In this document: in pieces, positions 26,310 through 36,924 of the stretch
Layout: every line of letters begins with the position of its first letter
Numbering within the stretch: the stretch's first letter is position 1
Assembly (NCBI RefSeq): GCF_035084215.1
Contig: NC_090325.1
Location: 117,738,001 to 117,802,000 of the forward strand
Origin: Heptranchias perlo
Lineage: Eukaryota
Direction of reading: 5' to 3'
Length of the DNA stretch: 64,000 bases
Made by a program: the position numbers and the translations under genes
Notes under the pieces: generated by a model
Seen by the model: only the letters and a program-made list of their open reading frames with translations
Databases searched by the model: none
What the model was told of the DNA's origin: nothing

Positions 26310-26650
26310 TGTCTCTGAGCACAAAACCAAGGAAGATCCCAGGTATGATCATCCGTATGTGCCGAGTTCGCTGATCTCAGCCAGGGCAACAATAGGGCTG
26401 CTACAATGAGCTACAGCATGCCTGGGTTGCAAAAGTAAAAACTGTCCAGGGTTCCCACTGCTGATTGTTATCCAGCCACCTGCAAATGTGAATATGTGGA
26501 TGTTGGCTGATCCCAGGATTTGCTGTGATGATTCACTGTCAAATATTCTGCCAGCACTAATTGCCAAGGCTCACATATAAATGATGGCCACTTAGGTGAG
26601 GTATTGGAAGCTGACAGCTACCCATGGAATTGTAACCCCAGCAAGGGAGC
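26310..26650 (+). mobile_element. Probable old SINE-like repeat, family not determined
   Basis: A related stretch occurs at ~51165-51225 (CTGCTGGCACT..CTCATACATGAAGA..GGCACTTCGGTGAG versus 26548-26601). Confidence 0.35.
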
Positions 26651-27384
26651 CAAAGTCAATGTTAGGATAAATTGTTGCCCTTGAAATCCATAGAGTAATT
26701 ACTCCATATGAAAGTTTGTACATATGAGTCACATGACTCTCTGCCTCAGTTAGAGCGTCCCAAGTCAGTGACATTTCTCTATTCTCATATGGTTAATGCT
26801 ATGGATACTGCTGACCCTTCCTACAGCCAGTTCCCACTCACTATTATCCAGGCTCCCTGGCAATGGGTATCAATAACTGAAGCAACAATCCTACTTTGAT
26901 AAGATATATCATACACCTAATTTGGTTTATTAGGTGTGTGACATATCTTAATGATCACAAAGAAGGGAAGAAACTGTATAAATAATGCTGGAGGTCATGA
27001 TATGTTTCAGGACTGCTCCAGAACTTGATAGTGTTTTGTACTATATGTAGTACAAAGCAATACATAAATGTTGCAAAATTGACTCTGCAGTTTTTAAAGG
27101 GAATACATTTGTTTCGATGTGATTTGTTTAGCTGACATGAGTATTTGGCATAACCGTGCTTATTGCGGTAACGGTACTGTAGCTGAAAATTATTGTGGTT
27201 TACTTGTATAATGTATACTGGTATATTACAATACCCAGATGTATCTCTAATTTAATTAGTTTGGAAATATTGCTGGAAAACAGAATGAGATTCTATATAA
27301 TGGAATGAGGCTCACTATGCCTTGTAGATATTTAGGAAGTATAGCGTCAGTGTTCACTTGGTAACATATATGCTAAAATTGGAA

Positions 27385-27497
27385 AAAAGAAAGACTTCCA
27401 TTTATATAGCGCTTTTAATGACTCCAGGACGTCCCAAAGCGCTTTACAGCTAATGAAGTACCTTTGAAGTGTAGTCACTGTTGTAACATAGGAAACA
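27385..27497 (-). mobile_element. SINE 3' tail fragment, same family as 25530
   Basis: AAAGACTTCCATTTATATAGCGC...CAGGACGTCCCAAAGCGCTTTACAGC matches 25535-25600. Confidence 0.7.
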
Positions 27498-28147
27498 AAA
27501 GAGATGTCCAAGAAAAATACATTCAACATGAGTTCCAGGAAGTGTGAGAATTTAAAAGGAATACTGGTTGTTTAAAGTCAATAAACGTGTTAACTATTTC
27601 TCTGTCAGTCAAGTAAGCAGAATTTTTGTTGGGTTACTGAAATGAATTTGATGTCCCGTTCAGTCATTAGATGAAAGTAGAGGAGAAACCTAAGCCATTA
27701 AATGAGGTGACTAAGAGGGAACCTTGTAGAAGTAAATCAGATGGCAAATGGTGTAGAAAGGATAATCCAAAAAATTACCAGTTAAATTGTGGCTGGAGGA
27801 CAATGATGATCAAATTCGCAAAAGACCAATTTAGGGTCGATGTCAGTGAGTTGTTCTTGTAAGCAGTAATCAACACTGGTTTAGTAGAGGCAAAAAAAAT
27901 CTGGCAATCATTTAATAAATATGAGGGGGGGACTAGATTTTTTTTTTTCTGGATGGGTAAACTATGATGGACTGCGTGACCTTTCTCATCCATATCTGTC
28001 TTGTGAACCCTGGAAGTTTGAAATGTTAGGAATGTTTTGAATTTATTGTTAATGTTTTCTTTCCGTGGTTATGTATTTGTAGTTCTTGAAATATAAAATA
28101 GGCCTTTTGATCTACTGATAAAGAACAAAAAAGCCAGTAAAAATTAG

Positions 28148-30360
28148 GGAGTCGCACAACACCAGGTTATAGTCCAACAGATTTATTTGAAATCACAAGC
28201 TTTCGGAGCTTTGCTCCTTCGTCAGGTGAAGTGAAGAGTTGCATAAAGGCACAGCATATATAGTCAGAAAACAATGCCTGGTGATTACAGATAATCTTTC
28301 TAACTGCCCTTTATCACACCTCGGCAGAGAGATAATCACAGCAATCAAAGGAGTGTTCAAACAGGTTAGTCAGGGAAACATTACATCCAAGAATACTGAG
28401 GTGGGGTCACCAGGGGTCAAATGTAGCAGATTCTGGGGTTTGTATTAAAAACAGATAACTTTCTTTTGCTGGAAATCGCAGTAGGTCCGGCCGCTTCTGT
28501 GTATGGAGAACAAGCCAACTACGACTCGAGTCTGGATGACTCTACGTCAGGTGGGGTTACATGTAGCGTGACATGAACCCAAGATCCCGGTTGAGGCCGT
28601 CCTCATGGGTGTCCGGAACTTGGCTGTCAATTTCTGCTCGACGATTTTGTGTTGTCTTGTGTCTCGAAGGCCGCCTTAGAGAACGCTTACCCGAAGATCG
28701 GAGGCTGAATGTCCTTGACTGCTGAAGTGTTCCCCGACTGGGAGGGAACCCTCCTGTCTGGCGATTGTTGTGCGGTGTCCATTCATCCGTTGTCGCAGTG
28801 TCTGCATGGTCTCGCCGATGTACCATGATCCGGGGCATCCTTTCCTGCAACGTATGAGGTAGACAACGTTGGCCGAGTCACAGGAGTATGAACCATGTAC
28901 CTGGTGGGTGGTGTCCTCTCGTGTGATGGTGGTATCTGTGTCGATGATCTGGCATGTCTTGCAGAGGTTGCCGTGGCAGGGTTGTGTGGTGTCGTGGACG
29001 CTGTTCTCCTGAAAGCTGGGTAATTTGCTGCAAACGATGGTCTGTTTGAGGTTAGGTGGCTGTTTAAAGGCGAGTAGTGGAGGCGTGGGGATGGCCTTCG
29101 TGAGGTGCTCGTCGTCATCGATGACATGTTGAAGGCTGCGGAGAACATGGCGTAGTTTCTCCGCTCCGGGGAAGTACTGGACGACGAAGGGTACTTTGTT
29201 GGAATGACGGGCCACAGCGAAAAATCGCATAGACCTCCTCAGAAGACAGACACTGGACACAATCAACAAAGTACCCTTCGCCGTCCAGTACTTCCCCGGA
29301 GCGGAGAAACTACGCCATGTTCTTCGCAGCCTTCAACATGTCATCGATGACGACAAACACCTCGCTAAGGCCATCCCCACGCCTCCTCTACTCGCCTTCA
29401 AACAGCCACCTAAGCTCAAACAGACCATCGTTCGCAGCAAATTACCCAGCTTTCAGGAGAACAGCATCCACGACACCACACAACCCTGCCACGGCAACCT
29501 CTGCAAGACATGCCAGATCATCGACACAGATACCACCATCACACGAGAGGACACCACCCACCAGGTACATGGTTCATACTCCTGTGACTCGGCCAACGTT
29601 GTCTACCTCATACTTTGCAGGAAAGGATGCCCCGGATCATGGTACATCGGCAAGACCATGCAGACACTGCGACAACGGATGAACGGACACCACACAACAA
29701 TCGCCAGACAGGAGGGTTCCCTCCCAGTCGGGGAACACTTCAGCAGTCAAAGACATTCAGCCTCCGATCTTCGGATAAGCGTTCTCTAAGGCGGCCTTCG
29801 AGACACACGACAACGCAAAATCGTCGAGTTGAAATTGATAGCCAAGTTCCGCACCCATGAGGACGGCCTCAACCGGGATCTTGGGTTCATGTCACGCTAC
29901 ATGTAACCCCACCTGACGTCGAGTCATCCAGACTCGAGTCGTAGTTGGCTTGTTCTCCATACACAGATGCGGCCGGACCTGCTGCGATTTCCAGCAAAAG
30001 AAAGTTATCTGTTTTTAATACAAACCCCAGCATCTGCTACATTTGAACCCTGGTGACCCCACCTCAGTATTCTTGGATGTAATGTTTCCCTGACTAACCT
30101 GTTTGAACACTCCTTTGATTGCTGTGATTATCTCTCTCTGCCGAGGTGTGATAAAGGGCAGTTAGAAAGATTATCTGTAATCACCAGGCATTGTTTTCTG
30201 ACTATATATGCTGTGCCTTTATGCAACTCTTCACTTCACCTGACGAAGGAGCAAAGCTCCGAAAGCTTGTGATTTCAAATAAATCTGTTGGACTATAACC
30301 TGGTGTTGTGCGACTCCTTACATTTGTCCACCTCAGTCCATCATCGGCATCTCCACATCA
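28148..30360. mobile_element. Penelope-like element (probably Neptune type): 5'-truncated sense copy preceded by a ~1.05 kb inverted copy
   Basis: Arms 28148-29201 and 29264-30317 are reverse complements. Both encode a Cys linker (CHGNLCKTC) and a GIY-YIG nuclease (VVYLI.C..C...YIG.T...LRQRMNGH...GLNRD). Candidate TSD is CAGTAAAAATTA / CAGTAAAAAAATTA. Confidence 0.92.
30236..30272 (+). ncRNA. Minimal type I hammerhead ribozyme motif in the Penelope terminal repeat (antisense twin at ~28193-28229)
   Basis: UCAC-CUGACGA-A-GGAGC(AAA)GCUCC-GAAA-GC-UU-GUGA gives both core boxes, a 5-bp stem II, a palindromic AGCU stem III and a 4-bp stem I. AATAAA follows at 30278. Confidence 0.8.
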
Positions 30361-31235
30361 CAGTAAAAAAATTAAGAGTTTTAATAAATTTTATATTACC
30401 AAAATGGAAGGATTACTTTCATTTATATAGCCCATCATTATGTCATCAAAGCGTGTCACATAATGACGTACCTTTGCATTGCAATACAGTCTATTTCCGA
30501 TGATTGAAAGTTGTCTTTTTGCTAAAACAAAAAATCCAGATTTGAATTTATCAGGAGTGGACTAACTATTTTGCCAACAAAAAAAACTTTTAATTTTAGA
30601 ATGGTGAGTTTATAAATAAAAGGTACACTTTGAATCCTCCAACTGAGTCTATTTTATATCTATAATATATTAAAAATGGTGAGTGTCTGCAACAAGGCCT
30701 TGTGCCTGTAGTTGGCACTATTAGGGTCATGCTTTGTGACTCATGAAGTACAGTGAAGCTCAACTATGTGAAAGACCCACTGTATTGTCCTTGAGCTTCC
30801 TATCTCATAGGTTTAAGGGGAGGTGTGAAGTAAAAAAGCTAATAGTTGGAGAACTCATCTTCTCCCGTAGCATCCTCTTTTCCTTGGACAAACATGATCA
30901 AAGCTTTACTGATGATCACGAAAATTTTATCCTTCACCCCTCCTGCGAGCATCTCAAAACTTGCAACATCTCGATTGCCATTTTGATAGCTCACTTGAGC
31001 TAATGCTAATGAGGATACACCAGTGAACCCCTTTGAAAGGAGAATATGTATTAATTTTAAAAGTTGGCACGACTGTTATCAACTCTGAAGTCCGGACTGC
31101 GGTCTTCAACTTAATGTGAAACTTCACCCACACAGCTTGCACCCTGAAGTAATAGTAGCAACATTGGAAACCCTACATCCAATTGATCAGTGAAATTTGA
31201 ACAATTCAACTCCCACCCCATCACTGAGCAACAAA

Positions 31236-33660
31236 CTTGGAACGAGCGACCACAACATGGTTGAATTCCATATCCAATTAGAGGGTGAGAAGGTTGATTC
31301 TCAAACAAGCGTACTGAGCTTGAATAAAGGAGACTATGATGGTATGAGAGCGGAATTGATTAAAGTGGACTGGGAAAATAGATTAAAGGGTAAGACGGTA
31401 CATGAGCAGTGGTGTTCATTTAGGGAGTTATTTTACAACTTTCAAAATAAATATATTCCACTGAGGAAAAAAGGGTGTAAAAGAAATGACAGCCATCCGT
31501 GGCTAAGTAAAGAAATCAAGGATAGTATCCGACTAAAAACAAGGACATATAAGGTAGCCAAACTTAGTGGGAGGATAGAAGATTGGGAATTCTTCAAAAG
31601 ACAGCAAAAAGTAACTAAAGGATTGATTAAGAAAGGGAAGTTAGATGATGAAAAGAAATTAGCAAAAAATATAAAAACAGATAGCAAGAGTTTCTACAGT
31701 TATATAAAAAGAAAAAGGGTGGCTAAGGCAAACATAGGTCCCTTAGAGGATGAGACCGGGAAATTAATGGTGGGAAACATGGAGATGGCAAAAATGCTGA
31801 ACAAATATTTTGTTTCAGTCTTTACAGTAGAGGACACTAAGAATATCCCAACACTGGACAAACAGGGGACTCTCGGGGGGGAGGAGCTAAATACGATTAA
31901 AATCACTCAGGAGATGGTACTCAGTAAAATAATGGGACTCAAGGCGGATAAATCCCCTGGACCTGATGGCTTCCATCCTAGGGTCTTGAGGGAAGTGGCA
32001 GTAGGGATTGTGGATGCTTTGGTGATAGTTTTCCAAAATTCCCTGGACTCAGGAGAGGTCCCGGCAGATTGGAAAACTGCTAATGTAACACCGTTATTTA
32101 AAAAGGGTAGTAGGCAGAAGGCTGGAAATTATAGGCCAGTTAGCTTAACATCTGTGGTGGGTAAAATTTTGGAGTCTATTATTAAGGAGACAGTAACGGA
32201 ACATTTAGATAAGCATAATTTAATAGGACAAAGTCAGCATGGCTTTATGAAGGGGAAGTCATGTCTGACAAATTTGCTTGAGTTCTTCGAGGATATAACG
32301 TATAGGGTGGATAAAGGGGAACCAGTGGACATAGTGTATTTAGACTTCCAGAAGGCATTCGACAAGGTGCCACATAAAAGATTATTACTTAAGATAAAAA
32401 ATCACGGGATTGGGGGTAATATTCTGGCATGGGTGGAGGATTGGTTATCGAACAGGAAGCAGAGAGTTGGGATAAATGGTTCATTTTCGGACTGGCAACC
32501 AGTAACCAGTGGTGTTCCACAGGGGTCGGTGCTGGGTCCCCAACTCTTTACAATCTATATTAACGATTTGGAGGAGGGGACCGAGTGCAACATATCAAAA
32601 TTTGCAGATGATACAAAGATGGGAGGGAAAGTAGAGAGTGAGGAGGACATAAAAAACCTGCAAGGGGATATAGACAGGCTGGGTGAGTGGGCGGAGATTT
32701 GGCAGATGCAATATAATATTGGAAAATGTGAGGTTATGCACTTTGGCAGGAAAAAATCAGAGAGCAAGTTATTTTCTTAATGGCGAGAGACTGGAAAGTA
32801 CTGCAGTACAAAGGGATCTGGGGGTCCTAGTGCAAGAAAATCAAAAAGTTGGTATGCAGGTGCAGCAGGTGATCAAGAAAGCCAACGGAATGTTGGCTTT
32901 TATTGCTAGGGGGATAGAATATAAAAACAAGGAGGTATTGCTGCAGTTATATAAGGTATTGGTGAGACCGCACCTGGAATACTGCATACAGTTTTGGTCT
33001 CCATACTTAAGAAAAGACATACTTGCTCTCGAGGCAGTACAAAGAAGGTTCACTCGGTTAATCCCGGGGATGAGGGGGCGGACATATGAGGAGAGGTTGA
33101 GTAGATTGGGACTCTACTCATTGGAGTTCAGAAGAATGAGAGGCGATCTTATTGAAACATATAAGATTGTGAAGGGTCTTGATCGGGTGGATGCAGTAAG
33201 GATGTTCCCAAAGATGGGTGAAACTAGAACTAGGGGGCATAATCTTGGAATAAGGGGCTGCTCTTTCAAAACTGAGATGAGGAGAAACTTCTTCACTCAG
33301 AGGGTGGTCGGTCTGTGGAATTTGCTGCCCCAGGAAGCTGTGGAAGCTACATCATTAGATAAATTTAAAACAGAAATAGACAGTTTCCTAGAAGTAAAGG
33401 GAATTAGGGGTTATGGGGAGCGGGCAGGAAATTGGACATGAAGCTGAGTTCGGATCGGTCAATGCCCTGTGGGTGGCGGAGAGGGCCCAGGGGCTATGTG
33501 GCCGGGTCCTGCTCCGACTTCTTGTGTTCTTTAGATTTGTGGTTGGGATCAGATCAGCCATGATCTTATTGAATGGCGGAGCAGGCTCGAGGGGCCGATT
33601 GGCCTACTCCTGCTCCAATTTCTTATGTTCTTATGTTCTTATGTTCTTATGTTCTTATGT
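31236..33660 (+). mobile_element. Young CR1 LINE, 5'-truncated, ORF2 nearly intact
   Basis: ORF 31197-32780 ([37 protein letters not shown]) joins 32683-33441 through one frameshift near the A run at ~32751. The tail is (TTATGTTC)n. Confidence 0.97.
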
Positions 33661-35274
33661 ACTGGCCTTGATCTGGCACAGCTAACCTCAGCTTCTCCCA
33701 CTGAGGAATAAAATGGGACCTGGTACATCGCAGCCATCCTCCACTGAGCAACAAAATGTCACCCAGCATAGGAATCACTCCCCATCGTCCCACCCCATAT
33801 GCTCACACACTGAGTATTAAAATAGGACCTTGCGCAATTCAAACCCTCTCCCTGCACAAAGCAGTAAAAAAAGGACCTAATACAGTGTCCCATCTCCATC
33901 TCCCTAATCCCACTGAACAGTTAAATGGAACCTGGTATAGTTAACCTGCCGACCTCTTTCTCCGTCCGCCGCCGCCACCCCCCCAGTAGTAATATGTGAC
34001 CTGGCATAGTTGCACCCCCACCTCCTGCTCCCTCTGAGATTGTTCCCTCTAACTCTAATTCACCCAAAGATTACATTTTGTCACGATTGCCCATATGTCA
34101 TGGGCAGGAAATATAAAAATATCACTTCAAAACTCAAACATATGCATTTTAGAGGTGCAGTATTATGGATTAAAAATATTCAACTGCTCTAAAACTTAGG
34201 ATGGAAATAATATGTACAGTTTGTAAGAAGTGAAGGATACAGATTAGGCCACTCTAAGTAAGGAAGGCTTTTGCAGGATATAGTTTTTCCCCAAAGGATG
34301 TTTTCAAGTCTGTTGTACACTTTGCTTGTATGACTGCATTTATAGATGTGGCATGCAACCTCACCCTAGAGCACATTCAGTGTATGGGTGCACGGAACAG
34401 AAAATTACAGTGGCATTTCATATCACTCTTGGACAGGAAGTTATTACTTGGACTTTCCAAAATATGGAAAATAGTTGTAGTTCTCTAATACTTTGTGCAG
34501 ATATTTCCAGTTTTTAAACCACCAAAATAGTTTTTTTTTTAAATGCTAAAAGTGAGCACTGCTTCAGACTACCTAGTGAGGCTGGCTCTAAGGTTAGAAC
34601 ACTCATGGTTCTCCTGTGATTCAAGAAGCCATACAGCGTGTGCGGAAGGTTCATCTTCAACCAGGGCTGAGATCTGTGAGTTTGTGTAACGTGCCTACAG
34701 GCAGCCTTTCACACTGAAGCCCAATGCTGTTGGAATTGTTTTTCTTTCACTATCTGTAGTTAAGATTTATGCAATATTGAAATTCTGGGTATTCTCAAAA
34801 ATATACGGTTCCATCATTACATGAGCTGAAATTCTGTTGTTTAAACTTCAATAACTATTATGTAGATTCATTGGAAAAAGTCTTACTTACTAAATTCTCC
34901 ATAATTCATTTTACACCCTCCACGGCAGATCAGTTAATACTTTCTGGGCTATACTCCCTCAGGGGTAGTGAAACAAAGGGGGGGGGCGGGGTGGTGGGAG
35001 GATGGGTGGAATGGAGGGGCTTCCCAAACCAGAACCCAATAAAGTATGTTGAGACAAATGCAGCTTTGTTTTATTAGCCCTTTACTGTGAGTGACAGGTA
35101 AGCTACTTCCACTTGCACAGTTATGATCTCCATCTGCAACATTTTTATTGCATTGCAGATTCTTCCCTATGGTTAGAAGGATTCAAGGAAATGGAGGCTA
35201 ATTTAGCACCCTTCCCTGGACAAAAATGTCATGGAACCAAAGAGTACACTGTATACCTGGTTCACTTCCTGAAC

Positions 35275-35409
35275 GGAGGCTTTCTCCTGACGAAGGAGGA
35301 AGCCTCCGAAAGCTTGTAGATTTCAAATAAAAAATGTTGGACTATAACTTGGTGTTGTAAAACTGTTTACAATTGTCAACCCCAGTCCATCACCGGCATC
35401 TCCACATCA
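35275..35409 (+). mobile_element. Mini Penelope insertion consisting of a hammerhead motif and the 3' terminus
   Basis: CTGACGA-A-GGAGG(AAG)CCTCC-GAAAGCTT (35287-35315), AATAAA and terminal ...CATCTCCACATCA. It is preceded by a short inverted piece GGAGGCTTTCTCC. Flanks are TCCTGAAC / TCATGAAC. Confidence 0.85.
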
Positions 35410-36924
35410 TGAACAAGACTGTGAGTGACTTGGTGGAATCACTCAGGTTCTTCCTCCATCTGAAGTCGAAATCCATGTACTTGCTTTAGAACATCCCCAA
35501 CTACTTAAAAGTGACTAAAAATTGGATTTCCACGAGGAAGAGGAAAGTAATTTTTTGAGGTTGCATTGTTCGACCAAAGCCTCAAATACACAGAAGCTTT
35601 ATAGTAACCTGTAGCCTCAGTGTAATGGCTCTGAGTATCCAGGGTTCACTGAGATTTAATGGAACAGTTATATAGTATACCATTTGCATACTGCAGTTGT
35701 AATTCAGCTCCTCTTCCTCTGTAGATAATGCAAAAGATAAGTTCCAGGATTCCTGGGTACTATAGCTTCACATGTTCTCTAGCTTGATTAACATCTGCAC
35801 TCAGACTCTCTCACCAGCGATCTTCACATTGATCCAGGCCATCTCGGGTTTACTTCATTGACTTGCCAGTTCGTTCCCTTCCACCTTGTGACCAAGGTAG
35901 GGTGCTCCATGTAGAAGTTCAGAGCTGTACAGAGACACATGGGTTCTAGAGCCATCAAAGAAGGTGGCTCTTTCCATTTCATGAGCACCTGTCTGAGATT
36001 CCATGGATTGATGAACCATCACGACTGCAACATTGTCAGCCGAGGTAGAAAAACTACTAACAACTGGAAAAGGATATTTCTGTGATGGGCTAATTTGCTT
36101 TTCCAGTCAATCCTATAATATCGATTAAAGGTTTACCGGCAGGGAGGAGAAGAGAAAGTCTTCTGGGTTGTTTAAAGCTTGGGGTATAATTCCTGTGCCT
36201 TAATATGAGGGTTAGGTAAACACTTAAACCTTTAATTGGCTGTAAATATCAGCCTCTTTTAATTACTGTACTTATAGCATTTTTAATTACTACAGGGATG
36301 ATAAGTAGCATTTATGTAGTACAAAAATAGATAGTACTGTATGCATCCTTCTAATCTTAATTGTGTATATAATTGTTTCTTCCCAAAATAGGGAAAGCAT
36401 GCAGTTTTTGAATTAATGTTCCTTTTTATTGATCTATACACAGCTTTTAATTTCAAAATGTATGTATAAATTTTCTTGCTGTAGTCAAGGTGTGCACGTT
36501 TGGAAACCTGCAGCCAAAAGAAAAACTAGCTGGTCCAGTATCTCACTATTGTGAATGTATTGTGTAGTTTCTAAGTAACATTACATTATCTTAATGTCTT
36601 GTCACTTTGTCCAGGTCATTTTTTTTTTACTGTTTCCTCACGGATCAATTAACAGAAGGTTTTTTTTTCCGAAATACTTTTCTCTCCTGGTTTTCGAGGC
36701 ACTCGCTGCCTGTGGATGTGAGGTTTGGTGATTGACCTGCTCCCAGGATGCAACCAATTCCAGTTGGAAACTAAAAGGGGTGCAAGAATGATGTGGGTTT
36801 AAATTTTGAGCTTAGTGATGTGGGGGAATTAAATCTGTTCCCAATCACTGTCGTGCTGCAAGTTGGTTCTCTAACCTTGTTCAAGTATTATCTATCTATC
36901 CAATCTATCCATCATCAGCCATTA

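Noticed and set aside
28676-29269. 197-aa minus ORF as a domesticated GIY-YIG gene
   Set aside because: Its N-terminus is antisense spacer sequence and it ends at a premature stop; it is a transposon arm.
33622-33660. Short direct repeats as a CRISPR-like array
   Set aside because: These are spacerless 8-bp tandem units, the ordinary CR1 tail, and the DNA is eukaryotic.
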